Origin: Aquabacterium sp.
GTDB taxonomy: Bacteria; Pseudomonadota; Gammaproteobacteria; Burkholderiales; Burkholderiaceae_C
Assembly (NCBI RefSeq): GCF_029946005.1
Contig: NZ_JAQSDR010000003.1
Location: forward strand, 2,836 to 66,835
Direction of reading: 5' to 3'
Length of the DNA stretch: 64,000 bases
The notes under the pieces are model-generated. The model was not told the origin of the DNA. It worked only from the letters and a program-made list of their open reading frames with translations, and did not search any database. Position numbers and translations under genes: made by a program. Shown piece after piece: positions 28,087 to 38,248 of this stretch (position 1 is the stretch's first letter; each line of letters starts with the position of its first letter).

Positions 28087-28332
28087 ATGCCCACAACATT
28101 GACCCTGAAGAACATTCCGGACGAACTATATGGGCGCTTGAAGGCCGCGGCAGAGGCGCACCGCCGCAGCTTGAACAGCGAAGTGCTGGTATGCCTTGAG
28201 GCTGTTTTGCTCCCGCAGCGAATGTCTGTGGAAGACCGTTTGGCCAGAGCCCGACAGTTGCGCCAGGCGTTGCCAACGGGCGCCTTCAATGCCGATGACA
28301 TTACACGCTTGCGTGATGAGGGGCGCGCGTGA
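28087..28332 (+). CDS. FitA-like Arc/ribbon-helix-helix antitoxin
   Basis: MPTTLTLKNIPDELYGRLKAAAEAHRRSLNSEVLVCLE; overlaps the VapC start. Confidence 0.85.
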   Translation: MPTTLTLKNIPDELYGRLKAAAEAHRRSLNSEVLVCLEAVLLPQRMSVEDRLARARQLRQALPTGAFNADDITRLRDEGRA

Positions 28333-28730
28333 TTGTTGTTGATTCGAACATCCTGGCATGCCTGTACCTTCCGGGAGACTTGACGGCACAAGCGGAACAA
28401 TTGTTGGCCGAGGATCCTGATTGGGTCGCACCGCCGCTTTGGCGAAGTGAGTTCCGCAATATTTTGGCGGGCTACATCAGGCGGGGTGCGCTGACCTTGG
28501 ACCAGGCATGCGCCCTCCAGCTAGAGGCGGAAGGACTGCTTAGCGGACGTGAGTACGACGTTGACTCACATGACGTGCTGGAGTTAGTGACGGCAAGCGA
28601 ATGCTCTGCCTACGACTGCGAATTCGTGGCGCTTGCAAAAAAGCTGGGTGTGAAGCTCGCGACGATGGACAAGAAGGTACTCAGAAATTTTCCTGAGGGC
28701 ACGATTTCCATTGACAGCGTTTCACACTGA
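28329..28730 (+). CDS. vapC: VapC PIN-domain toxin
   Basis: MIVVDSNIL, LWRSEFRN, CSAYDCEFVALA and LATMDKKVL motifs. Confidence 0.9.
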   Translation: MIVVDSNILACLYLPGDLTAQAEQLLAEDPDWVAPPLWRSEFRNILAGYIRRGALTLDQACALQLEAEGLLSGREYDVDSHDVLELVTASECSAYDCEFVALAKKLGVKLATMDKKVLRNFPEGTISIDSVSH

Positions 28731-28767
28731 GTCAAAGCCTAAGCCACATACCGTGGCCAAAGTGAAG

Positions 28768-29610
28768 TCAACCCCACAGCGCATCCCGATGCCGTGCCAC
28801 GGCCTTGCCGAAGCTGGAATCGGCCCAGGCCGCACCAGCACGTTCGCGCACGGTTTCAGGCCGGGCACGTGAAGGCTTGACCAGCACCTTCCACAGCTGT
28901 GGAATGATCACCTGGAAAAAAGCCTTCAGATCAGCGCGGCCCACGCAGGGCAGCTCGGTGCCGCGTTCCCACTGAGGGTTGCATTTCTCGAAGAAAGCGA
29001 TGTCGGCCTGCTGACGCAACTCGCGGGTGATGGGGGTCACGTCGCCCTTCAGGCAGTTGTAGCCATCGCCAAAGTCCAGCACCATCGATTCCTTGTCCAG
29101 CTTGCCGGGGAACAGCGTCTCGCAGTACGTCTCGGCGATGTGCTTGAGGTGGTCGTTCTTCTGCGTGGGGTGCGGGTAGTAATCGGGGAAGTTGCGGCTC
29201 AAGAGCAAGAAGGTCTTGTAGCCCTTCGAGATCAGGAACCAGTACTGAGGCGTCAGCGGGTTCTTGACGGCTTCCCACAGCACGCGCTTCACAAAAGCGG
29301 CGTTGATGGCGCGGTTGCCCCAGTGCTCCTTTTCCAGCACCGTGTCGCCACTGAACACGCCCTTGATTTCCTTGCCATCGACCTGCATGCGGTACACGCC
29401 GAAGGTGGAGAAGCCCACGATGGCGTCGTCACGTTGGCGGCGCACGATGAAGGCCCCGGTTTTCTTGCCCAGGTCGGTCACGAACTGGTCGAGCGCGACA
29501 TTGTCGTAGTAGCGGCAAAACACCTTGAACATGTCCCGAATGTCCTGAACAGTGATGCTGTTCAAGGCTTGGTAACGGGTGTAGATCTTGGCTTTGGAGG
29601 GGTGGGACAT
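28768..29610 (-). CDS. Conserved hypothetical protein, possible GNAT-like fold
   Basis: 280-aa ORF with normal codon usage and RBS; motifs IVGFST, FSGDTV and WFLISKGYKTF. Function unassigned. Confidence 0.6.
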   Translation of the reverse strand: MSHPSKAKIYTRYQALNSITVQDIRDMFKVFCRYYDNVALDQFVTDLGKKTGAFIVRRQRDDAIVGFSTFGVYRMQVDGKEIKGVFSGDTVLEKEHWGNRAINAAFVKRVLWEAVKNPLTPQYWFLISKGYKTFLLLSRNFPDYYPHPTQKNDHLKHIAETYCETLFPGKLDKESMVLDFGDGYNCLKGDVTPITRELRQQADIAFFEKCNPQWERGTELPCVGRADLKAFFQVIIPQLWKVLVKPSRARPETVRERAGAAWADSSFGKAVARHRDALWG

Positions 29611-29796
29611 CAGGGACCTCAAGGGGTTGGCTTGGCCGATGTCTCGATTCTGCGCACTGGGCTCTAACCCGTTCAGGGGGTGCCCCCCAACACCCCCTCA
29701 TTTGAGCGTGCCTGCCACCGTGCAGTAATGCACGCATCGGCACTTTCACGCTTTTCGCCCGCCCCGATTGCAGGTATTCAAACGTTTGTTTGTTTG

Positions 29797-30249
29797 CTAA
29801 TAGGGGTCGGCAAAGCCCAGCGTGGCCAGGATCTCGCGCTCTTGCGCTTCCATGGCCAGGGCCTCGTCGTCCACTTCGTGGTCAAAGCCTTGCGCGTGCA
29901 GGGTGCCGTGCACCAGCATGTGCGCATAGTGGGCGTCGATCGCCTTGCCTTGTTCTTGGGCTTCACGCTCGATCACGGGGGCGCAGATCACCAGGTCGGC
30001 CGTGACCACCGGCTCTTGCGCGTAGTCGAAGGTCAGCACATTGGTGGCGTAGTCCTTCTGGCGGAAGTCGCGGTTCAGGGCGCGGCCTTCTTCTTCTCCC
30101 ACGATGCGCACGGTGATCTCGCCATCAACCCCATCCACCGCCAGCGCGGCGCGGATCCAGCGGGCCACCTTGTGGCGCGGCAGGTGCTCGCGGTGGGTCT
30201 TGTCGGCGAATTGAAGGCTCAGGCTCAGATTCGGTTTGGCAGTGCTCAT
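29797..30249 (-). CDS. ybeY: rRNA maturation RNase YbeY
   Basis: [17 protein letters not shown] and [15 protein letters not shown] motifs. Confidence 0.95.
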   Translation of the reverse strand: MSTAKPNLSLSLQFADKTHREHLPRHKVARWIRAALAVDGVDGEITVRIVGEEEGRALNRDFRQKDYATNVLTFDYAQEPVVTADLVICAPVIEREAQEQGKAIDAHYAHMLVHGTLHAQGFDHEVDDEALAMEAQEREILATLGFADPY

Positions 30250-31256
30250 GCGGTGGGGGTGTCGTTCAGCAAGTCGCGGTCATAGGCCTGCACGATGCGG
30301 CCGACCAGCGGGTGGCGCACGATGTCGTGCGGGGTGAAGCGGGTGAAGGCGATGCCGGTGACCTTGCGCAGAATGCGTTCGGCCTCGATCAGGCCACTGC
30401 GCGCGCCCTTGGGCAGGTCGATCTGGCTGACGTCGCCGGTGACCACGGCCTTGGTGCCAAAGCCGATGCGCGTCAAAAACATCTTCATCTGCTCGGGCGT
30501 GGTGTTTTGCGCCTCGTCCAGGATGACGAAAGCGTGGCTGAGCGTGCGCCCGCGCATGAAGGCCAGCGGGGCCACTTCGATCTGGCCTTTCTCAAAGGCC
30601 TTGGTGACGCGGTCAAAACCCATCAGGTCATACAGCGCGTCGTACAAGGGGCGCAGGTAGGGATCGACCTTTTGCGACAGGTCGCCGGGCAGGAAGCCCA
30701 GGCGTTCGCCGGCCTCCACCGCCGGGCGGGTCAGCACGATGCGCTGCACCATGCTGCGCTCCAGCGCATCGACCGCGCAGGCCACGGCTAGGAAGGTTTT
30801 GCCGGTGCCGGCCGGGCCGATGCCGAAGGTCAAGTCGTGGGTCAGGATGTCGCGCAGGTAGCTGACCTGGTTGGTGGTGCGGCCCTGCAGGTCGCTGCGG
30901 CGGGTGCTGAGCATCGGGCCTTCGTCGGGCTCGTCGTCAGGGCCGGGTTCGGTCGCCGCGTCCTTGGCGCCGCGCTTGCTGCGGGTGGGCTTCTGGCGCT
31001 GGGCCAACAAGGAGGCCAGCGCCAGTTGCACTTGCTCAGGGCTGATCTGCCGGGCCGATTTGGCGTACAGGGTCTCCAGCATCTCCAGGGCTTCTTCAGG
31101 GCGCCCTTTGGCGCCATCGATGCGGAACTGGTCACCGCGCCGGGCCAGGGTCACGCCCAAGGCGGCCTCAATGGTGCGCAGGTGCTCGTCCATCGGCCCG
31201 CACAAGTGGGCCAGGCGGGTGTTGTCGAGCGGGATGAAACGGTGGCGCAAGGTCAT
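30246..31256 (-). CDS. phoH: PhoH-family ATPase (YbeZ/PhoL-like)
   Basis: [41 protein letters not shown] and VRHPLV motifs; adjacent to ybeY. Confidence 0.93.
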   Translation of the reverse strand: MTLRHRFIPLDNTRLAHLCGPMDEHLRTIEAALGVTLARRGDQFRIDGAKGRPEEALEMLETLYAKSARQISPEQVQLALASLLAQRQKPTRSKRGAKDAATEPGPDDEPDEGPMLSTRRSDLQGRTTNQVSYLRDILTHDLTFGIGPAGTGKTFLAVACAVDALERSMVQRIVLTRPAVEAGERLGFLPGDLSQKVDPYLRPLYDALYDLMGFDRVTKAFEKGQIEVAPLAFMRGRTLSHAFVILDEAQNTTPEQMKMFLTRIGFGTKAVVTGDVSQIDLPKGARSGLIEAERILRKVTGIAFTRFTPHDIVRHPLVGRIVQAYDRDLLNDTPTA

Positions 31257-31381
31257 GGAAGGCCCAGGGTTGAACGCATCGGTGCACAAAAAGCCCGCAA
31301 ATTGTCGCTTGACCGGGGCATCAAAGTGTGACGGATCTTGCAGAATGGGGCCGACATTGCGCATGGTGCGCAGTTTTGGCC

Positions 31382-33523
31382 ATGGGATTGACGTTATTCA
31401 TGTTGCAACGCTGGTGGCAAAACCTGTTGAATCGGACGCGTTCGGCCGCATCGGCCCAAGCCGCGCTCGAGACGCCGTCCGGCACCGTGATCCCGGTCAG
31501 CCGGGCGGGGCAGTGGCTGCTGTTGACGCTGGGCCTGGCGCTGGCCTGGGTGGTGGGTTGGGGCCTGGTGGTGCTCAACCAGGAGGCCATCCGCCTCAGC
31601 AAGCCGACCCTGGCCGATGGCGGGGCCACCACCTTGCTGTTCCGTGATGCCTGGGCTGTGGCCAGTGCGGCGGCGCACTATCCCATCGACCAGCCAGGCC
31701 AGTCCGTCGGCTTGCCCGATGAATGGCCGCGCTCGCACCCCAGCTACGAGGGCAGCATCTGGTACCGGGTTCATTTCGAAACGCCCCTCCAACCCACCAC
31801 CGACAAGCTGTTGGCCGCCTACATCGAGCGGGCCTGCTCCAACGTCGAGGTCCACCTCAATGGCCAGTTGCTGTACCGGGGTGGCCGCATGACCGAGCCG
31901 GTGGCGCGCAACTGCGACCAGTCGCACGTGGTGCCCCTGCCCACTTTCTTGCTGCGCACCGGCTCCAACCAGCTGGACTTGAAGGTGACCGGTTACCCGA
32001 TCGAGCGCGTGACTGCCCGCCAGCGTGCGGGTGGCCTGGACGAAGTGCGCGTGGGCCCCTTGCAAGACATGCAACGCATGCACCAGGACCACGAGTTCTG
32101 GTCCAACACGGTGTCCCAAGTCATCGCTGGCATCCTGGTGGTGCTGGGTTTGTTCGCTTTGGGCCTGGCCTGGGTGCGCCAGCTCAGCTACCTCACCTAT
32201 TTTGGCTTGTTGACCATTGGCTGGTCTTTGATGACGGGGCGCTGGTGGATCAACGAGCTGCCCGTGTCCAACGCCTCCACGGAGGTCCTGGTCGCGATGA
32301 TGTTCGCGCCCATGACGGCCTTTGCCATCAAGTTCCTGCTGGGCTATTCCGGACACGGCGTGCGCAACCGCAAAGCCCGCGACCTGACCCGTCAGGTCAA
32401 TGCCCTGTTGTGGGCGCAGTGTTTGCTGCTGCCGCTCAGCCTGTGGCTGGTCGGTGTGAATGGCCTGTTCCTGGTCGCTCGCCTTTGGTATGTGCTGTTT
32501 GCGCTGGAGTTGTTTGTGGCCATCGGCTATTTCCTGTGGCATTCGGGGCGCACGCGCAAGCCGGAGTTCTGGCTGATGAGTGTGGCCCTGGGGGTGGTTT
32601 CGGCCGTGATGGGCATCGAGCTGTTTTTCCAGAATGGGCTGCTGCGGGTCTGGGGCGTGCACGTCACCTACTTTGTGATGCCGGTGTTGTACGCGGTGGT
32701 GGCCGTGCGTTTGATCCAGGTCTACGCGGGTGCCTTGAAGACCGCCGAGGGCGCACGCAACCAGTTGGAGAAGCGCGTGCAGGAGATCAGCGCCGAGATC
32801 GAGCGCAACTTCAACCAGATCGCCGAGCTTCGGGTGGAGCAGATCGCCGAGAAAGAGCGCAAGCGCATCGCCGCCGATCTGCACGACGACCTGGGCGCCA
32901 AGCTGCTGACCATCGTGCACACCAGTGACAACGACCGCATCTCCACGCTGGCGCGCGAAGCGCTGGAAGAAATGCGCCTGTCGGTGCGTGGCCTGACCGG
33001 GCGGCCCATGGTCCTGTCTGATGCCTTGGCCGACTGGCGGGCCGAGGTGGTGTCTCGCCTGGGGCAATCGGGCATCGAGATCGAATGGCGCAATTCCATC
33101 GACGAGGTGGAAGAACCCCTGTCGGCGCGCACCTATGTGCAGACCACGCGGATCATCCGCGAGGCCGTCAGCAACATCATCAAACACAGCCAGGCCTCGC
33201 ACGTGGTCATCCACACCGATGTGCACCTGGAGCACCACGACTTTTTGCTGGTGATCCAGGACAATGGCAAGGGCATTCCGATGGAGCTGGACGGCCGCCT
33301 GGACCGAGGCCATGGCATGACCAGCATGAAGCACCGTGCCAAACAGCTCAATGGGCAGTGCCTGGTCGAGTCCGGGCCGGGTTTTGGCACCGTCATTCGG
33401 CTCACTTTGCCCCTTGAAATTGCCGTCGTGCAACAGAAGGTGCCCCTTGAGCACACGCAAGCGGCTAGCACTGCTAGCATCCCCAATGGTGCACAGGGAT
33501 CTCCCCTGGGCACGACCCCTTGA
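31382..33523 (+). CDS. Membrane sensor histidine kinase (HisKA_3, NarX/UhpB class) with 7TM-DISM-like input
   Basis: Extracytoplasmic beta-rich domain, about 7 TMs, H-box RIAADLHDDLG, EAVSNIIKHS and IQDNGKG. Start codon uncertain (31328, 31382 or 31400). Confidence 0.85.
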   Translation: MGLTLFMLQRWWQNLLNRTRSAASAQAALETPSGTVIPVSRAGQWLLLTLGLALAWVVGWGLVVLNQEAIRLSKPTLADGGATTLLFRDAWAVASAAAHYPIDQPGQSVGLPDEWPRSHPSYEGSIWYRVHFETPLQPTTDKLLAAYIERACSNVEVHLNGQLLYRGGRMTEPVARNCDQSHVVPLPTFLLRTGSNQLDLKVTGYPIERVTARQRAGGLDEVRVGPLQDMQRMHQDHEFWSNTVSQVIAGILVVLGLFALGLAWVRQLSYLTYFGLLTIGWSLMTGRWWINELPVSNASTEVLVAMMFAPMTAFAIKFLLGYSGHGVRNRKARDLTRQVNALLWAQCLLLPLSLWLVGVNGLFLVARLWYVLFALELFVAIGYFLWHSGRTRKPEFWLMSVALGVVSAVMGIELFFQNGLLRVWGVHVTYFVMPVLYAVVAVRLIQVYAGALKTAEGARNQLEKRVQEISAEIERNFNQIAELRVEQIAEKERKRIAADLHDDLGAKLLTIVHTSDNDRISTLAREALEEMRLSVRGLTGRPMVLSDALADWRAEVVSRLGQSGIEIEWRNSIDEVEEPLSARTYVQTTRIIREAVSNIIKHSQASHVVIHTDVHLEHHDFLLVIQDNGKGIPMELDGRLDRGHGMTSMKHRAKQLNGQCLVESGPGFGTVIRLTLPLEIAVVQQKVPLEHTQAASTASIPNGAQGSPLGTTP

Positions 33524-33538
33524 TGTGAGGCCTCGGCC

Positions 33539-34201
33539 ATGAAGCAGATTTTGTTGCTCGAAGATCTTCCTGAAATCCGCGCCTGGCTGAAAACGCTGGC
33601 GCTTCAGGTGTTTCCGGGTGCTCACATCAGTGAGAGTGCACGGGTTCATGATGCCCTGGAACTGGTCAACGCCGTGCGCTTTGACGTGGCCCTGTGCGAC
33701 TTGGGTTTGCCGGATGGCTCCGGCGTTGAAGTGGTGCAGGCCCTGCGCGAAAAGCAGCCCGATGTGCAGTCGGTCGTGGTCACCATCCACGACGACGACG
33801 AGCATTTGTTCCCCGCCCTGCAGGCCGGCGCTTTCGGCTACCTGCTGAAAGAGCAATCGCGCGAACAACTGGCCGAGCAGTTGCACCGCATCAGCCAGGG
33901 CGAACCGCCGCTGTCGCCGTCCATCGCCCGCCGCGTGATCAAGTACTTCACCGCGCAGGCCCACCACCAGCACATCTCGCAGGCTGACTCGGTGACGCCG
34001 CACGTGCAACTGACCGACCGCGAAAACGAAGTGCTGCTGCGCGTTGCCAAGGGCTTCACCCTGCCCGAGATCGGTGTGCAGCTGAACCTGTCGCGCCACA
34101 CCATTGCCGACTACGTCAAGCAGATCTACCGCAAGCTGAACGTGTCTTCGCGTGCCGAAGCGGCTTTGGAAGCGCAACGATTGGGCTTGTTCCGCCGATG
34201 A
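33539..34201 (+). CDS. NarL/LuxR-family response regulator
   Basis: [23 protein letters not shown] and [12 protein letters not shown]...[15 protein letters not shown] motifs. Confidence 0.92.
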   Translation: MKQILLLEDLPEIRAWLKTLALQVFPGAHISESARVHDALELVNAVRFDVALCDLGLPDGSGVEVVQALREKQPDVQSVVVTIHDDDEHLFPALQAGAFGYLLKEQSREQLAEQLHRISQGEPPLSPSIARRVIKYFTAQAHHQHISQADSVTPHVQLTDRENEVLLRVAKGFTLPEIGVQLNLSRHTIADYVKQIYRKLNVSSRAEAALEAQRLGLFRR

Positions 34202-34773
34202 TTTCCCGCCTGACTGGGCTTCTCGCCGAGAAAGCCCCACCCCACGTGCTGGTGGATTGCAACGGCGTGGGGTACGAAGTGCAGGTGCCCATGAGCACCT
34301 TCTACAACCTGCCCGAACTGGGCGCCCGCGTGACCTTGCTGACCCAGTTCGTGGTGCGCGAAGATGCCCAGCTGCTGTATGGGTTTTTGACCGCGGGCGA
34401 GCGTGCCTCCTTCCGCGAGTTGACCAAGATCAGTGGCGTGGGGCCCCGCATCGCTTTGGCCTTGCTGTCGGGCCTGAGCACCGACGAGCTGGCGCAGGCC
34501 GTGGCGGCCCAAGATGCGGCCCGCCTGGTCAAGGTGCCCGGCATTGGCAAGAAAACGGCCGAACGCCTGTTGCTGGAGCTGAAAGGCAAGCTGGCCCCCG
34601 CCCTGTCAGCGCCAGGCTTTTCCATGGTCAGCGCCGCGCAGTCGGACATCCTGCAGGCCTTGCTGGCCCTGGGGTACACCGACAAGGAAGCGCAGGCCAC
34701 GCTCAAGCAATTGCCCGCCGATGTCTCCGTCAGCGATGGCATCAAACTGGCCCTGAAGAACCTCGCCCGATGA
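34198..34773 (+). CDS. ruvA: Holliday junction branch migration protein RuvA
   Basis: [43 protein letters not shown] and ALLALGY motifs. Confidence 0.95.
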   Translation: MISRLTGLLAEKAPPHVLVDCNGVGYEVQVPMSTFYNLPELGARVTLLTQFVVREDAQLLYGFLTAGERASFRELTKISGVGPRIALALLSGLSTDELAQAVAAQDAARLVKVPGIGKKTAERLLLELKGKLAPALSAPGFSMVSAAQSDILQALLALGYTDKEAQATLKQLPADVSVSDGIKLALKNLAR

Positions 34774-35636
34774 ATTTTCGTTCCTCACTGGTGTCGATGT
34801 GGGTGATGTGGGCCGTGGCGCTTGGCGCACACGCCGCCCCCAACAAGGCCGCCGCACCGGCCCAGCCCATGGCGCTGATTCAGACACCCCAAGCCTTCTG
34901 CCAGCAGGTCGCTGGCCGCCTGCCGAATGTGCCGATGGCTTTGTGTGCGCAGGCGCAGTTGCAGACCAATGGCGCCAAGTCGGTCCAGGGTCATGCCTTG
35001 ATGCAGCGCGACGTGATCTCGCCCAATGCCCACTTGCGCGTGCTGGTGATTGGTGGCGTGCATGGCGATGAGCTGTCGTCCACCTCGCTGGTGCTGCACT
35101 GGATCCGCGCTTCCACGGAGACACCGTCCAATATCCACTGGCGTTTCGTGCCCTTGATGAACCCGGACGGCATGCTGCTGGCTCGCCCCAAGCGCACCAA
35201 TGCCCGTGGTGTGGATCTGAACCGCAACTTCCCCACGCCCAACTGGGACAAGGAGGCGCCTCAGTACTGGAGCAAGCGGACCAAGAACGATCCGCGTCGT
35301 TACCCGGGGCCCAAGCCCTTGTCCGAGCCTGAGTCGAAATGGTTGTTCGATGAGATGGAGCGCTGGAAGCCTGACCTGATCGTGTCGGTGCACGCGCCTT
35401 ATGGCGTGCTGGACTTTGACGGGCCCACCTCGCCACCGCAGAAGCTGGGGCGCTTGTACCTGGACCAAGTGGGGATCTTTCCGGGCAGCTTGGGCAACTA
35501 TGGTGGGGTGCACAAGAAGATGCCGGTGGTGACCATCGAATTGCCGAGCGCCATTCGCACGCCGCAAGAGGCGGAGATTCGGCAGATGTGGCTGGATTTG
35601 CTGCGTTGGACGGCGGAGCGGCTGGGGGCGAATTAG
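34770..35636 (+). CDS. M14-family zinc carboxypeptidase (murein peptide amidase A-like), exported
   Basis: Signal peptide; [34 protein letters not shown] and VTIELP motifs. Confidence 0.85.
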   Translation: MNFRSSLVSMWVMWAVALGAHAAPNKAAAPAQPMALIQTPQAFCQQVAGRLPNVPMALCAQAQLQTNGAKSVQGHALMQRDVISPNAHLRVLVIGGVHGDELSSTSLVLHWIRASTETPSNIHWRFVPLMNPDGMLLARPKRTNARGVDLNRNFPTPNWDKEAPQYWSKRTKNDPRRYPGPKPLSEPESKWLFDEMERWKPDLIVSVHAPYGVLDFDGPTSPPQKLGRLYLDQVGIFPGSLGNYGGVHKKMPVVTIELPSAIRTPQEAEIRQMWLDLLRWTAERLGAN

Positions 35637-35669
35637 TGGCGTGCGTCGGGTGGCTTGATTGGCCTGGCA

Positions 35670-35929
35670 GCGCGGGGCGGGGATGAGTCGGAGTCGGGCG
35701 GGTATCCGGCGGGGCGCCTGGTTGGTGCTGAGAAGCGGAGGGCCGAGGTGGGCGCGCGACAGCGCGCGTCAACATCTGACCGGCCGTGGTTGTTTGAACG
35801 AAGCGGATGAAATCCGCGCAGTGAGTTCCACGGCCCCACCTTGGCGCGAGCATCGCAAGGCAGTCCCGCTAACAGCGGGACCACCAACCTGAAGCCCTGA
35901 CGGATACCCGCCCAGCCCTCGCCCCGCGC
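35670..35929. repeat. MITE-like or structured intergenic element with bipartite terminal inverted repeats
   Basis: GCGCGGGGCG (35670-79) pairs with 35920-29 and GGGCGGGTATCCG (35696-708) pairs with 35901-13. Internal hairpins are present, and the element lies between convergent genes. Confidence 0.55.
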
Positions 35930-35949
35930 TAACCGTCAAGCGCGCAAAT

Positions 35950-37593
35950 TCAGGAGTTCAACGGTGGCGCCGCCTGCGTGCTTGGCAGAGCCGCCAAAAT
36001 CGTCAACAGCCGGTTGATCTGCAAAGGTTTCACCAGATACTGGTTAAACCCAGCCTGCAACGCCCGCGCAATGTGATCAGGCAAAGCGTCCCCACTCAAG
36101 GCAATCAAAGGCAGCTTCTTGAACGCCGCCTTGGCCCGCAACTGGCGGCACAAGTCCAAACCGCTGCCATCCGGCAAGTTGATGTCGACCAAGGCCACAT
36201 CCGGCTGCATGGATTCGATGCAAGCCAGTCCATCGGCGGCCGTGTCAGCCGACAGCAAGCGCACCTGCGGATACGTGGCGAACAGGGCCTCGACCAGACT
36301 GCGGTTCAGAGCGTTGTCCTCGATGTGCACCACGCGCAAAGGCGGCAGCATCACCAAAGGCTCGGAGGGGCGGGCGCTGGTGGGCGTGGTGGTGTGGGTG
36401 CGCTCGGCCAGTGGCAGCTTCAGGCCGAACACGCTGCCTTCGCCCAAGGTGCTGTGCACCTCGATGCGGCCGTGCATCAGCGCGGCCATGCGCTGCGCGA
36501 CCGCCAGGCCCAGGCCGTGGCCCTCGGAGCTGTCGGCTTCGGTGGCGCGGTCCAGTCGGGTGAAGGGGTGGAACAGCTTGGGCAGGTCGCTTTGGTCAAT
36601 GCCGGCGCCCTGGTCACGCACTTCAACAATGCCCATGCGCTCTTCGGCCACTTCACGGGCGCGCAACCACACGGTCGAGCCGGCGGGGCTGACGCGGATG
36701 GCGTTGTTCAGCAGTTGCACCAGGATGTCTTTGGTGGGCTGGGGGTCGGCCCAGACGGTGTGCGGCGCGCAATCAACCACCACGGTCACGTTGTGTTTGC
36801 GGGCCAGCGCTTCTTGGGCAGCGCAGACCTCACGCAGCAGACCCGTCATGGCCAGGCGCTGGGGCCGCAGGGTGACCGAGGGCTCGTCCAGGCGGGCGAA
36901 CTCGAGGGCCTGGTCCAGAAGGCTCAACAACTGTTGGCCGGCTGTGCGGATGTGGCCCAACTGGCGCTGCAGGGATTCGGGCATGCCCGTTTGGTCCTGC
37001 ATGTCCAGCAACTGCGAAAAGCCCATGATGGCGTTCAGGGGCGAGCGCATGCTGTGCCCCATGCGGGCCAGGAAATCGGCCTTGGCCACCAAGGTGAGCT
37101 CAGCCTGCAGGCGGCGCGTGTGTTCGGCCTCGCCACGGCGCTGGGCGCTGACGTCGCGCATCAACTCGATGTAGCGGGTGACCTGGCCGTCGGCGTCGGG
37201 CAGGGGGTGCACGGTGCGCGCCACCCAGAAAGGCTCGCCATCCTTGCGGTGGTGGCAGATTTCGAGGTTTTCAACGGCGTGGCCCTGGGCCAGCGTCTGG
37301 TTGATGCGGGTGATCAGGGCCGCCTCGGTGTGCGGGCCGCTGAGCAACTCTTCGGGCTGCTGGTCCAGGCTTTCCGACAAGGAAAAGCCGGTCAGCCTTG
37401 AAAAGCTGGGATTGACCCACCGTATGCAACGCTGTGCATCGCAGATCATCACCGCGTCACTGACCCGGTCGGCCAGCAAGGCCAGTTCCTGGTTGGTGGC
37501 TTGCGCGCGCTGCAAGGCGGCTTGGACTTGTCTCATGGGCAGGCCTTGCTCAGTCGCGACTGGCAGGTCGGCCTCAATGGTGTTTTGGGGCAT
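35950..37593 (-). CDS. Hybrid sensor kinase PAS-HisKA-HATPase-REC
   Basis: PAS (WVNPSFSRLTG, HHRKDGEPFW), H-box RMGHSMRSPLN, QLLNNA, DQGAGI, GLGLA and REC (HIEDN, VDINLPD). Confidence 0.9.
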   Translation of the reverse strand: MPQNTIEADLPVATEQGLPMRQVQAALQRAQATNQELALLADRVSDAVMICDAQRCIRWVNPSFSRLTGFSLSESLDQQPEELLSGPHTEAALITRINQTLAQGHAVENLEICHHRKDGEPFWVARTVHPLPDADGQVTRYIELMRDVSAQRRGEAEHTRRLQAELTLVAKADFLARMGHSMRSPLNAIMGFSQLLDMQDQTGMPESLQRQLGHIRTAGQQLLSLLDQALEFARLDEPSVTLRPQRLAMTGLLREVCAAQEALARKHNVTVVVDCAPHTVWADPQPTKDILVQLLNNAIRVSPAGSTVWLRAREVAEERMGIVEVRDQGAGIDQSDLPKLFHPFTRLDRATEADSSEGHGLGLAVAQRMAALMHGRIEVHSTLGEGSVFGLKLPLAERTHTTTPTSARPSEPLVMLPPLRVVHIEDNALNRSLVEALFATYPQVRLLSADTAADGLACIESMQPDVALVDINLPDGSGLDLCRQLRAKAAFKKLPLIALSGDALPDHIARALQAGFNQYLVKPLQINRLLTILAALPSTQAAPPLNS

Positions 37594-37724
37594 GGCGTTT
37601 TCCTCTCGGCACCGTGGGTGCGGATACTCACCTGTCTCTGGCGAGCAAAGGGATACAGCTAGGAACTCATGATGTCAGAATGGACGCTTCATGTGTAGGT
37701 ACTTTGAGAAAGTTCTTGGCCATC

Positions 37725-38210
37725 ATGACCCAATCCATCTACGAATTTGAGGCGCTTTCCACGGACGGCGTTCCCGTGAAGTTGGAGCAGTATCGCGGCC
37801 GCGTGCTGCTGATTGTGAACACTGCCAGCAAGTGTGGTTTTACGCCACAGTTTGAAGGGCTGGAACAGCTGTGGAAAGACCACGCAGACCAAGGTTTGAC
37901 GGTGCTGGGTTTTCCGTGCAACCAGTTCGGCGGACAAGACCCTGGCGCCAACACTGAGATTGCTTCGTTCTGCCAGCTGAACTACGGCGTGAGCTTTCCG
38001 GTGATGGCCAAGATCGACGTCAACGGGGCCGAGGCCCATCCGCTGTACCAGTGGCTGACGCGCGAGGCGCCCGGCATCCTGGGCACTAAGTCCATCAAGT
38101 GGAATTTCACCAAGTTCCTGGTGAACCGCGACGGCGTGGTGCTGGGCCGCTACGCCCCCACCGACACCCCCAAGAGCCTGCGCGACGACATTGAAAAAGC
38201 ACTCGCTTGA
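37725..38210 (+). CDS. Glutathione peroxidase, cytoplasmic (Cys type)
   Basis: IVNTASKCGFTPQ, GFPCNQFG and IKWNFTKFL motifs. Confidence 0.93.
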   Translation: MTQSIYEFEALSTDGVPVKLEQYRGRVLLIVNTASKCGFTPQFEGLEQLWKDHADQGLTVLGFPCNQFGGQDPGANTEIASFCQLNYGVSFPVMAKIDVNGAEAHPLYQWLTREAPGILGTKSIKWNFTKFLVNRDGVVLGRYAPTDTPKSLRDDIEKALA

Positions 38211-38248
38211 TTGAGTGAATGATTGACTGACGAAAGATCCTCGACACC

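Noticed and set aside
27741-28400. 219-aa minus-strand ORF as a real gene
   Set aside because: It is a composite of the antisense of fitA, its promoter, and the frameshifted pseudogene fragment.
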